Positions 52,040 to 64,000 of a stretch of DNA of 64,000 nt are shown here, one piece after another. The position numbers and the translations under genes are program-made. Positions within the stretch are counted from its first letter, which is position 1. Every line of letters begins with the position of its first letter. Below the pieces are notes generated by a model. That model had not been told where the DNA came from, made no database searches, and saw nothing but the letters and a program-made list of their open reading frames with translations. This stretch comes from Sarea resinae (Eukaryota): the NCBI GenBank assembly GCA_026026165.1, contig JAPEUD010000018.1, positions 124,001 to 188,000 on the forward strand, in the 5' to 3' direction.

Positions 52040-53860
52040 TGTGCCGATCATGGCCCCAGGGCCCCCAGCGGACGGCGACGTCAGCAGCCGGGATCCAGGC
52101 GACCAAAGCTCGTGTGCCAGCTTGCCTTCCCGGGCGGCGACATGCTCTTCCGAGCTGGGTTATTCCACTACTCAATCTTGCCTTACCTTTAGAGAATCGC
52201 TGGAGGGCATCAGATAGCGCCTCACCATTGTGTCCTTTACTATTTTTATCTTCTAGCTTCAGGTACCAAAGTTAAGAGCGAAGCTCCCTTAACCTTATGC
52301 GCATGCCGGCAGCATTTTCAATCCATCAATCGTTTGCGAGGCATCCATCCTCAAGGAGATCCCTCAGGTCAGCCAGGACCGAGGGGCCTGAGGTACTTAC
52401 GGAGGAACCTAAACGAGCATGCGCAGTACCTACGGGAGCGGTATCTTACCCACCCGTGGCGACTCTATCGAGAGGCGGACTCGGAGTAAAGTACCTACTC
52501 GATAGGTATCTTCCAGCGTCAATCACCTCATCCGTCTCTACCACCTCACATTCCTCCTCGAACTCCCCTCCCCTCCCTCCAGCTGCCGCTCATCGATCGT
52601 TCAGGCATCTCCCGTCGAACTACCTAGGGAGGTACGGAGCTTGCATGCCTTCTCAGACCTGAGAAGACTCTCCTCCGGAGTACACTTGTGTCCCACCGCG
52701 CCTTTGGCTCAGTAGTTGAAGGCTGATTATAGGTCTGACAGGACGCAGTCGCGTAAGGTAAGTATCTCCCTTTCCAGACAGTCTGATTGAAAATGGTTGT
52801 AAATCCAAATGTACGGAGTACGGACGCGAGTAGAGTACATCGTAAAACAATCTCCATCCCATCGTTCTCCGGCGTCGATTCATCTCGACATCATCGGTAC
52901 GAGCAAGCCGCTTTGCCGGACAGGGTATGAAGGGCCGCGCACCGAGGGCGCGTGGTGCATGGACGACAAGGATAGACGCTGTTGACGGCAGCTTCATGTT
53001 CTGATGATGCTGGTGCGATGATGTTGTTCCTGTCCGTGCATGTCCGTGTATGTCCGTGTCATGTCCGTGCCTGTTCCTGATTCGTTAAGCCATCGACTTT
53101 GCACCATCCCGTCATGGTCATTCGGCCCCAGTCCAGCGCAAATCATCAGCTTCCAGCTCGGGCACCTGCAGTCTCTTCCAGGGCCAATCCGTTCTTTTCG
53201 GCCTTTCTGCCCTCGAAAGGTGTACGCAAGACTATTGAGTACTGTACGGAAGTACGTACAGCGTACAATGCCCAAGAGGCAGTCGGATACTCGAGGATGA
53301 AGTAGAGCCAGCGATGGCATGACGTATGCCGCAACCGGCCACCTAAGGTAGTATCCATTGGATCGATCGTCCCCCGATCGAGCAGCTGCTGGAGCGCGAG
53401 TCAAAGTCCTCCCGGACGAGTAGTCGGTACACCCCATCTCGAACCAAGTATCTCATCGTACCGGATAGCCGCAAAAGTACCAGCACCTCTCGATCGCTCT
53501 ACTCCAGAGCACTGCTGCAGTACTTCGAACCGTCCCATTCCTTCCATTTGATCGCACACTGCCTGCGCCTGCGAGGACGCGCAACTCCCCCAACTCCCCC
53601 AACTCCCCCAGTTCCCGTCAGCAACACGCGGTCGGATAGCCAGGGCACGCACACTACAGTATTTGCTTACCTTGCCTGACTACCTCACTGCTTTCTTCCT
53701 CTTTGTCTCCCTCTCTCCCACCTCTGCCTATCCTTTATATACTTTATCTCCGCTGCACACGATTCATCGCACGATCCAGCCCCTCATAGAGACATATACC
53801 AGTCGCATCATCACTCACAGTATATTGCCCGTGGTGCAACATCGATAAGAGCTCTCCACC

Positions 53861-55105
53861 ATGACAGCCGACGACAAGCAATGGGTACGTTCACATTGCC
53901 ATCTTGTTTGACTCATTGCCGCACGCCCTTGGCACGTGGAGATCTGAATTGCGTCGTTTTCTGACTTGCGCAGGCCTCAAAATATCTACTCGACCCTCTC
54001 AATGAGCCCGAACCGAGTGCAGAGACTGGCCCGGGCAACAGTCATGGCGTTTATCGTCAGCCGCCACCAAGCTATCCCTCTCCAGCTCCGTCTCCATCGA
54101 TCAAGCAAAATGCGACTGTCCATGTTCGACATGCCAGCAGCAATAGTCGACGCAGCGCATATCCATCCCCACCTGCTTCGGCAAGTCCGCGTCATGAGAG
54201 ATTCCCGTCGGTGCACCGTCAAGAAGCCTTCAGTGGCTATCACGACGACGGAAAGCCTCAGCGGCGAAGCATGGAAAACAGCAATTCTGCCTCGGCAACA
54301 CCAAGTGCCGGCCGACGTCGTGGTAGCTCCCTCGGCTCTCGATTTCCTGGCGACGAGACCCACAGACCTCTCGATATGATCAGAAGGGACAGCAAAAGGG
54401 CGAACCGAGCCCCGCACCTCCGAAAGAAGCATTTGCCGGGTCCGGACACGATCGACAGCCTCGACACTGTTGGCGGAGCCTATCATCACGGCGGGCCATT
54501 CGATGCTACACTCCTCGCGCGAAATACGTCATTTACAAGTAGTCCGCTAGAAGCGCTCAAACGGTCCAACGAAGAAGCTTTGAAAGCCACACCAAAGGAG
54601 AACATTCAAGACAGTCTCGAGCGTCACCGTCCTCTAGACGGAACCGCGTCGGTGCCAGCCGGAATGACTGACCAATTCGGGCGCACGTTCAATTACGAAG
54701 AAGGCGCCGACCTCATGATCGAAGGCAACTACAAGAGATGGCCCCATGTGGTATGTTCTGCTTCCTCTGGTATAAAATAGATTATTTCAAGCATTATGTA
54801 CTAATGTTCATCAGACCTACCTCCCCGAGGACCTCAAGGGCAAGGGCGAGCCGTCGTACTCCATTGAAAAAGCCCTCAAAGAGCACAAAGAGCACAGCCG
54901 TCGTCGTGTCATGTCCGACGGCGCCTCTGGCATCGAAATGACATCCCGGCCCAAGCCGACGAACGTCAACAATGACGATGGAATTCCTGGCGCTAAATAC
55001 TTGGACCAGGACGTGGATGTTCACCGGCGCAACTCGACCGGAAGGAGGGTCAGTGATGGCCTCAAGAGGAGACTTGGCAGTTTGAGACGCAAGCACAAAG
55101 AATAG
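53861..55105 (+). CDS. pal1: Pal1-family cell morphology/endocytic protein, 3 exons
   Basis: MTADDKQW|ASKYLLDPLNEPEPSAETGPG; SLGSRFPGDETHRPLD; PGPDTIDSLDTVGGAYHHGGPFDATLLARN; YKRWPHV|TYLPEDLKGKGEPSYSIE. Confidence 0.85.
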
Positions 55106-55789
55106 ATATTCTCTCGGCTTTTTCATTTGTTCAAAATATGGGTGCTACGTCGGGGTTCTTTGCTGGTCAGATGATGTCTCTGAATTACGGCACGATGGCT
55201 CCGGAACGCTTATCCTACAATTACGCTATACGATGCGCTATTTTCCTTGTATCATAGATCGACGCAACACTCCTTCATATGGGACTAAACGGGCGAAACA
55301 TTGGGCGTTCGTTTCTTGGTTGGGATACTTGATCAAACAATTTAATTTGTGACTTGACCTCTGTGATCTTCGGCTCATTCGGCTAGCAGACGTGTGTGAC
55401 TGATAGACATGTATGATGCGCGTGTCATGATCCTTTGGCTTGAAGAACGATGATATTGAAAAGTACGTGTAATGTGTGATATATATAATAGAACCTACTC
55501 AAAAAATCATCTCAAATATTCAACCAATACTAGAATTATACATGAGAATAATATAATCGAGTTGATATCAATAATGCCTTCATTCCTCTTTTCCTCCAGT
55601 CTTTGAAATTGCTCTAGGATCTCCAATGGCCTAATGCCAGTTTCTCTCAATCATTCTGATCCCCATATTCAGTCGAAGCTCAACCGGCACGGCCGGTAGG
55701 TTACCTAATTTCCGGCCTATATATACGTCTTTAAGATACCCCAATGCATGAGCAGCAAACAGGTCTCCAAGCCTCCACTGCTTCAACAA

Positions 55790-55880
55790 GCCGGGGTAGC
55801 TCAATCGGTAGAGCGTGTGGCTCTTAAGAATCATTAGATTTGATACCTCAAGGTCGCGGGTTCGAGCCCCGCCTTCGGCT
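55790..55880 (+). tRNA. tRNA-Lys (anticodon CTT) with an 18-nt intron at 55827-55844
   Basis: Acceptor stem GCCGGGG/CTTCGGC, D-arm GCTC...GAGC, anticodon CTT at 55823-25, intron after position 37, T-arm GCGGG-TTCGAGC-CCCGC, downstream T-runs as Pol III terminator. Confidence 0.93.
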
Positions 55881-57829
55881 TCTCTTTTGCTATTTTTTGC
55901 CCTGAGTAGTGAGTAATAATAGTGGCTATGGGCAGTTAGGAGGAAGGGCGCGAATGGGCGGGGTGGGGAATCAAATTTTTTTTGGGTAGGCGGACGACTC
56001 GCGTGCGTGGGCGCGGGCGCGGGACATGGCGGAGCGGAGGCGATCGGTTTGCGTGGTCGGAACGCTAGGGATACCGTAATGAACGGGCGAAATGTACGGG
56101 AAGTGGGGAGGACGGAAATGCTGTCTTGGCTCCTTTCTACTCGCTACGAGCTGGTGGAGCTTTGTGGGAATTTTTGTCGATGATAAATTGGCACTCATGC
56201 AACCTATCACTCCGTGACAACAATAATTACACCCGACTGAGTCCTGTGCCTTTTGTTCTTCTCTGCCTACTCAGGCACCACTACGAGTATCACACTTGAA
56301 TCAGAAACCGGGACAATATTCTGCTTGTGAAGACTTCATTCTCGTTTCTTGGTGCATGATGGAAACTGCTGTGAAGCAGAGCGACGAATGTGGAATATCG
56401 GAGGAATGAGAACAAGACGGATTCTCTAGCCTCCCGATCATGTCCAGTGCTGCTCCTCAAGCAACAGAGCTTATATTACAGTCATACACGTATCATCAAT
56501 AATTCCAGTACCAGTCTTCACACGCAGCACTCGGCCTACACAGAACACAGTACGTTTCTCCAAGACTCTCCTCTTCTCCACCGCCCCTCTCCTGGCTTTC
56601 TACCCTCGGTCCCCCTTTGAAGAAGATGAAGGAATCACAACGAGAGAACAATTACATGATGAGAATACCACACCCAAAATACTTTAGGAAGAGCCGTATT
56701 AGGCCCAACGGGCATTTATTATCACATCCACACGCGCATACGTGAGCGGCGACGCATATCGACATAATTGCGTCGTTTGCTCTGTGTGTGTTGTCGTGGG
56801 CGTGAGCCGGTTGAGCGGTGCTTACAAATGGGTCTCTGAAGTCAATCTTATGTCTGCTTTTGTCTTGAGGGTGCGGTGGCCTGGATGCTTGGATTCTCTG
56901 GGATTGTAGGGGAGAGGATGTATTCAAGAAGTGAAGTGCTAACCTTTGTTTCTATTTAGGCTTGGGCTATCCCATGACTCTCTTCTCGGGCAATTCGTCG
57001 CTCTCTAGACCCAGCGAATTCGTTTTGGACTGAGAAGATATACACACCAGACTTTAGAGCACGAAAGGGCTATCACGGCAACCCGTCCGAGTGAACTGGT
57101 CGCGCTACTCATTCAGACGTGGAGGTATCTCCGGCTTACCAGGTAGGCTTTCAGCATCTAGGAGAATCCCAACAAAGAATGCGATATGAACGCCAGAACG
57201 TGGACTATGCCCCAAGCTTTAGAGTGGTAGGTCAATCAGCGAGCAAAGGATTGATTTTTCAGACACAAAGCCAATTTCATATCGACGTCCGCACGGACAA
57301 ATAAACGATGGTCCTTTTTCTCTACGGCCTCTGGACTTTCTATTACCCCTTCTTCCCTCAATCCATAGATTAATGACTTCACTTTACAACTCATTTCAAT
57401 CTCAAAGCTATCAAAAATGCCTCCATCTCCAACAGTACCTCAGTGTCACCCCGTCCCCCACCTCCACTCCTGTAGCTCATCTCTCCGAAACTCGAAAATG
57501 GAAACAGCCCGTCACCGCCTTTCCTCCCCCCTCCCCTTGTCCCTCCCTTTCGGCCTGACATCACCCCCCCCCACCAAGCCCACCCACCCATCCATCCATC
57601 CACTTCTCGATCCATAGTCTCAAAGACCAGACCACATCCCCCAAACCGAACCAAGCCAAACAGCCCTTTCCTTTTCCTTCTCTCACTTCAGAAGTCGACG
57701 CCGACGGAACGGTCTTTCTCGAAAACTGCCCCCTACTCTACTCTAACCTACGTCAATCCCATCCTACATCTTGCATCTTGCATGTCTCGCTTCTGCGGGC
57801 ACATACATGGTCCAGCTGTTCGTGTCGTA

Positions 57830-58645
57830 CTACACTGTTATCATTTTATTGTTTACTGTTTCTTGTTTCTTGTTTACTGTTTCTTGTTTACTGTTGATTG
57901 TTCAGTCGGATGTGGGGTATACGATACATTACATTACAGTAGGTTGGATTGGATTGGATTGGATTGATACGGTAGATAGGTGGGTAGGTAGGCAGGTAGT
58001 TAAAGATAGGTTGGTAAAGTTAGCTAGTTAGGTAAAGGTAGGTAAAGAGCTTGTCAGCGGAAAGCTGGAGGAGGGAGAGAGAGAGGGGAAAGAGAGAGGG
58101 GAAAAAGAGAGAGTTGGGTACCTAGTAGGTAGGTAGGATGCGTTATCTAGCTACTGGGATGATAACCTATTGGGATAACAAATGACCTATTGAGCTTAGG
58201 AAACGGCCTATCTATCTCACCTCACTATATCTTACCTTACTACAATATATTCTACCGGTCTGAAAACAAGTGGCACGACCAATATGATGTATTGTATGGA
58301 TTGTATTGTATGGATGTAGACAGACAGACGGACAGACTCACTTGACTCACTTGACTCACTTGACACGAGTGATCGAGACCAATGTTGAGGTTTCGGGGAC
58401 GGGGGAAAAGGGGCAAAGGGGGCATGGATGGATAAGTCAGACACAGACAGACAAGAGACAGACAGATAGACAACAGACAGACAACGCCGTAGGTGCTTGG
58501 TTGGTATCATGTGTTTCCTTTCCGTTCCTGTCCTTCCCGTGTGATAGATACGCCGAAAAAAAAAGAAAAGAATTGATTGGACAAGAGAAAGAAAAAGAGG
58601 AAAAGAGAAAGTGTTTTGGTCTGGTCTGGTCTGGTCTGGTCTAGT
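57830..58645. repeat. Low-complexity island: (GGATT)n, (GGTA)n, purine tracts, (GACA)n, (CACTTGACT)n, (TGGTC)n
   Basis: Read directly; ORFs here are repeat-derived. Confidence 0.85.
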
Positions 58646-58944
58646 TTCGAGATGGCGGATGTCGTCCTAGATGGCACGCGTGATTTGGTTTGCAATTATC
58701 CTAGTAGCCCAGTATCCTGGATCCTAGATCCCAGAGCCCAGGTCTCAGATCTCAGATTTTATCATCTACATGTATATATCCAGGAAAGAGAAACCAGATC
58801 GATGCAGAGGCAGTCGAGCCAGACGTGAAGGCCCAGACGTGAAGGCCCACGCCTCATATCCCAAAGCCCGCGAGGATTCGGGTCTCTGCCCAGGGGACGG
58901 TGGTGGACTCGCGCGGCTGGGCTGGGCTGGCTAGCGGCCAGCGG

Positions 58945-60803
58945 CTAGCGGCTCTTCAGCTTCGTCCAGCCGCTCGTGCCTCTCGTTCGCGTGCCGTCTC
59001 GTTCTCGATCTGTTGCTTCGCCGTCTTCGGTCGTGGCTACGGCGGCAGCGGTGGAGATGGTGGTGGCGTTGGTGTTGATGGAGGCGGGACTCTTGACCCG
59101 AGGCACGTCGGCCCCTTTTGTCGGCTCCCTGACATCCCCATCTCCACCGCTACCAGTACCGGTACCATTACCACCACCGGCCGCGCCCTTTCTCCTTCTC
59201 CCCCCAACAAGCACGGCCTCGTCGTCCTCGCCACCGATGCCGTCGCCACCGAACCCCACACCACCGCCACCGCCACCAGCGGCGTCTTCCCACTCCCTCT
59301 CGTCCAGGACCTCCCATTCTGCGCCCGCCAGCTCGCCCAGTAGCGCGCCCTTGACTCGGTCCACGATGCGCATTGGTGATTGCAGTTTCCAGCTGCGCAT
59401 GTAGTCTGTGCCCTGGTGTGCCGAGAGAAACGTGTGTGCCGTGCCGTGCGAGTACATGCCCAGCGTTGGTGTCGGCCGCGGGTTCGGCTGTGGCGTAGGG
59501 CCCTTCGGTGTCGAGATAGCTGCTGTGTTTGGAGCGAGAGGGCTCGGAGATCGTGCTGGATTTGCTGCGGTGGCGTTTCTGCTAGATGTGGGTTGAGGCG
59601 CCGAGAGGTTGCGCTGGGGTTGGGGCTGCGATTGAGGTGTAGGTGTAGGTGCAGGAGGAGGCGGCGGCGGCGGCGGCGCGACTAGTAGTTGCCACAGGTT
59701 GCGCCCAAGTGGGCATACGTCTTCCCATGTGTTGAGGCTGGTGTTCAGACCCTGCGTTTTGCACAGCCAGGCAATGTCCCAGGCTAGAAGTGTCACGCCT
59801 TCTATGAAGAGCGAGTACGCAAGTGGATCTTCCTTTGCGAGCACAGGGAGCGGCTTTTCGATGTATAGGGGCCGTGGTCGGGGCATTGGCCGTAGATCCG
59901 TGCGCGGTTCGGATGGGTTCGTGGTTGCTTGCATAGCGGTTGTGGAGCCCGGGAAGGGAACGTCGCGGTTGAGATAGGAGGATGAGGGTGGGAAGATGGT
60001 GGGAAGGGGATAGCCTCTGTGTGGGAGGGTGATTTCTGCTGGGAGGCGGAGAAGAAGGTAGTGCGAGGCTAGAATGAGGAGGTGCGATAGATTTGTTATT
60101 GACGTAGTTATTTGAGTGGGTGATGCGCCTGGTGATGACGGTTAGCAATCCCACCGAGTATCATGATCTGTACGGACTCACTGTTCAGCTCTCGCAAATC
60201 CACTATGCCGACACCACCAATAACGTAGTCTTCCTTGATTGTCCCACTCTTCTTCCGCCTTCGTTGCCGGAAGCCATATAGATTGGCCGCCTCCCGGCAG
60301 AGGAAAGCTCGAGACTCAACCGTCTTGCTGTGTAGGGCGTCCCATCGAGCTTCGGTGCGGCTGATGGACTTCTTGACTGTCCCTAGCGTGGTCGCGCGCC
60401 GAGAAGGAAGCTCACGACCCGCCTCAGTGAGCTCCGACCGTCTTTGTGCCAGGAGTGCTTTTCGCCGACTTATATCTGCCTTCCCAGTTTCGATCTCACT
60501 CTGAAGAAGCTCCGACTGCGCCTTCATCTCCCGGATCCGGTCAAGAGAGTCTTGCTTCTGATAGACAGCCTGTTCAATAGCCCAACGACGAGGACCAGCT
60601 CTCTCTGTTTCTGCTTCCTTGGTTGTGTCGTTCGATGTGGTTGGCGCAGACACGAGGCTTTCCACTTGTCGCCCAAGCTCTTCCTTCTCGAGCAGGGTGC
60701 GGGCATTTTCGACACGAAGCTCGTACAAGGCGTTGCGGGCGCACGTCGTACAGTGGAAGGCCAGCCTCGAGCTCTGAGATCGCAGACAGATGTCGCACTG
60801 CAT
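58945..60803 (-). CDS. atg14: Autophagy-related protein 14 / UVRAG-like PI3K complex subunit, 2 exons
   Basis: N-terminal CxxC...CxxC (MQCDICLR...FHCTTCARN), coiled coil, SRAFLCREAANLYG, IGGVGIVDLRELN; second exon FIEGVTLLAWDIAWLCKTQG, GMYSHGTAH, AEWEVL, SGWTKLKSR*. Confidence 0.85.
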
Positions 60804-61438
60804 GGTCTTGGTGCTCACGGTCGAAGATATAACGTCATGGGATGGTGACGGGGGAGTCGAATTAACTCCGAGATGTCATTACGGTGCGGGCGTAGGTCTT
60901 GCAGTCCGCATAGAAGAAACGATCATCGCATATTCGAGGGGAAGCGGTGCTCTTCAGGGTCAAAGCCTCTGAGTATGTGCAGGAGATGATTTCTAGTCAG
61001 TGTTAAAGTGGAAAATGCTGGTGTAGGATGTGGTTGGAGGCGGAACTGGAAGCAGAGGCATCTGTGCTCGTACCTGGGCAGGGCAGGCAGATAAGTTGTC
61101 GGATGGATAAGATATGATGTGACCAACGAACGTAATCGGTCCATGGATACCTGAAGCTACTTGGTTGTCCACGCTTACGTGTAGCCCAAAAACAGGTACT
61201 CAGAAGTACTGCAGTGGTCTCGGACGTGTGGTGTCGCGTCTCGTGTCAAGTAGCAATAACGGACCGCAAATGGACTTGGTGTACGCCGAGTCCGGATATC
61301 GTTTGTCTAAATAGTAGACGGCCATGCTATGGAATGAGGAAACTTACAGAGTTAATCATTTAGAGAGTAAAGTGACAGTCGACCATCTACAGAATCCCTC
61401 CGGTACTGCTCTTCTGGTATGATGCTCGATCCCCCCTT

Positions 61439-62229
61439 ATGAGTACCACACCTCCCATGTCCCCGCCCATCTCCGTGAGGCTTCCCATCCGCAACGCGGA
61501 CGCAGACGCGCCAGCTACGACGGCCACGAGTGGGAAGCGCACAGATGAGGAGATGGCCCTGCCTCCACGCGAATCCGAGAAGAACCCCACTGCTTCCGAG
61601 CTTCTAGGGATCGCGAATACCGCACCAGAGAATCAAGCCCAACCAAAAATCGAGATTTCGAGCTCTGAGAGGCCACCACCGCCGTCTGAGGCTGCTGTAG
61701 CAGAACATCAACAAAGAAACCCCAAAAGCTCGCAGGAAGACCAGAATGATAACGATGAGCGGTCCGAAATATTGGCCAACCCAAGAGAGCCCTTGAAGCC
61801 GTTCGACTGGGCAGACCTGGAAGAGAGATACCACCAAGCAATGGGAGAGAGAAAGCACGCCGAGGAACAGATATACGAGGAATTCAACAGCCTGTTCAGC
61901 GTGAGCGAGCCAATTAACCTGCACTTGTCAAATGCTGACAGGCCAAAGGTCTTCTCCGAGTGGTCTCAGACAGTGACCATCTACGAACAAGATCGGTCTC
62001 TGAAACGGTATTAACACCTGCTACCTGAATGATCATGGACTAATACTTTTCATGACAAGTCTGAGAACGCGAATGGGCTATGTAGAGCAAGCCGAACAAA
62101 GCTTGGAGGAGAAAAGGGAACATTGTACGTTGTTCGGCCATGATAAGCCCGCATGGTAGCTGACCGGCCTAAGATATCAAGGTCGTGAAAGCATTCGAAA
62201 GTGCGCTAGCTCTCCTCAGCAGTTCGTGA
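61439..62229 (+). CDS. Conserved fungal hypothetical protein with a C-terminal coiled coil, 4 exons
   Basis: PFDWADLEERYHQAM...EFNSLFS|VFSEWSQT...DRSLKR|LRTRMGYVEQAEQSLEEKREH|YIKVVKAFESALALLSSS*; three GT-AAG introns splice in frame. Confidence 0.75.
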
Positions 62230-63597
62230 TGATTTGGGCGTCCTGATGACCTTTCTCATCGCGTTTACTACTCAGGAGACTTCGAACTGTTTGGGTCGCA
62301 ATGGTCTCCGACATCACCAGTGAGAGACTCTGGAGACGAAGCCGCCGGGACGCCGGCGCCCCGACTTGCGACTTTGTCTGTTCAGAACGTCGCTTCTACG
62401 GTCCGACAGAGAGTGGCCCTTCTGCACCCGGAATGGTGTAGTATTTTGTGATCGTTAGAATGCCTTATGGACAGGTACGATTATGTTATGCCTGGGAATG
62501 TTCGCGCCGGCCGTCCCTTAACATACGCGCGGATGGAGCTTGGAGATGTGCTATTCATCAATTTTCGAGAGGATATGGCGAGGCTGCATTTTCTTGCTTG
62601 GTGACGATGTGTCAAAGCGAAGGAAGACTGTTGCCAGAAAGAGTAGCGGCACCTGATTTCAATGACTTGCCACGAATATCGCGAGGCTTCAGCTCGAGTG
62701 CAATCAATTCCCAAAGATTCTGCTACACTACAATAGACTCGGTGCTGCAAGTAGATGCAGAGTCGGCCAGCGAGCAGGATCTCGTTAGGTATGGCTCAGG
62801 TATTGATTCACACCATCCTCGCGACCTCGCAATGCTCCTGTGCCGGTGCCAATGAATGCTTATGATCCCTAGACTCCCTCCTCCTCCCTCCTCCCTCCTC
62901 CCTCCCCACTTCTACCTTTCAACAGTGCAGTACAGGCTTGGCCCACCTTCCAGAGCGGAGATTACTCTAGTGTTCTTATCCGTCCCAATGGCTTCGCGAG
63001 CTGAGATCATCTCTTTATATCCGTCTCTCCGTAGCCGTCGGCGGGTCGTACAATCTCCACAATATATATCCTGTACCCCCTCGCCCCTCAGCCATGACAG
63101 GTAAGATTCGGCAGGAATTGTCATGCATGCGGTCTGGCGTAGGCACTAGACCATTCATATTACTTGTCAGATATCCGACAGATTGTCCGCCAGATACCCG
63201 ACCGGGCGCTAACTTCTAGGCCTACGCACTCCCTATCATACCCGCTATCCGCTATCTTAGCCGCGCGTTATTCCATCGTTCATTCGTCGAGAGGCTGCGC
63301 TGAGCCGATAAGACAAGGTGGCATTCATGGCAAAGCCGCTGCTCATGCTTTGGGAAAAGAACAATTCTGGCACGCCTTGGACAGCGTCCAATTCTCCAAC
63401 ATTATTGTTCGGACTTGACGGTCGCGACACTCTCAAAACATACTACGCCCAGCCATAACAACAAACTTCACCACCGCCAAATCAAAACATCACGCAACGA
63501 GCATTTGCCAGAAGTAGATCACTGATCCATTTTCTAGACATCCGAGGCCCCCAGAATCTCTCTTGAACCAGCATCTTCTCAATCCCGCACGCTCAAC

Positions 63598-64000
63598 ATG
63601 TCCACCCACACCGTCTATCTCGTAACCTGCCGCAACGACGCAAAACAGCGCGCCCACTTCTCCATCTTCATCCCGCAGGAAGCGGACCCCGAGCGCGGGA
63701 GCCTGATCGAAGTCATCGGCGCCCCGATGGTCGGCTACCGCCTCGAATTCCGACGCGCATATCGACTAGCCGACACCCCACAGCGCTACACCCTCGTGCC
63801 CCTCGGCCTCGTCCAGGCACAGCATATGCAATACCCCCCGGCCCTCGAGGAAGGCTCCGACGAGACAGTCCCTAAGAACGACATGGAGCGCGCCGCCAGC
63901 GCGGTGCCCCCGCCTCGAATCAGCCAGAACTTCATGGCGCCCGTCAACGATGTCAGTGTGTTGAAACCACCTACCTACCAACCTATTGATTTTTGCCCGC
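63598..64000 (+). CDS. Conserved fungal hypothetical protein (DUF6540-like), 5' part; continues beyond the window
   Basis: MSTHTVYLV...QRAHFSIFIP...GSLIEVIGAPMVGYRLEFRRAY...VPPPRISQNFMAPVND, followed by a GTCAGT donor at ~63952. Absent from the ORF track. Confidence 0.7.
   Translation, partial: MSTHTVYLVTCRNDAKQRAHFSIFIPQEADPERGSLIEVIGAPMVGYRLEFRRAYRLADTPQRYTLVPLGLVQAQHMQYPPALEEGSDETVPKNDMERAASAVPPPRISQNFMAPVNDVSVLKPPTYQPIDFCP

Overview
Gene-dense, intron-containing DNA from a filamentous ascomycete (Pezizomycotina-type introns with CTRAC/CTAAC branch sites; species not identifiable from the sequence). I can support about 24 protein genes, mostly conserved housekeeping: CK2 alpha (partial), RNase P p30, Osm1-type fumarate reductase with a cytochrome b5 domain, a CDP-alcohol phosphotransferase, a large DUF3659-type repeat protein, an IQ-motif protein, Mn-SOD, a GPI-anchored Cys-rich protein, Ypt35, Sas4, Taf2, mitochondrial RRF, an RGG-rich mitochondrial protein, Cdc26, Ssb Hsp70, a double-bromodomain protein, Cks1, Usb1, Pal1, Atg14 and two conserved hypotheticals. 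There is also an intron-containing tRNA-Lys(CTT) and many microsatellite-rich intergenic islands. The most interesting signal is a two-exon 153-aa gene (23924-24509, minus) that the ORF track only half shows. It looks like a Cu/Zn-SOD/CCS-fold protein that has lost the metal ligands but kept the dimer-interface motifs. It lies head-to-head with the Mn-SOD gene across an ~840-bp promoter enriched in Mac1-type TGCTC(A/G) copper-response motifs, which suggests a copper-starvation SOD-switch module. All product calls come from manual splicing, translation and recalled motifs; no database search was run.
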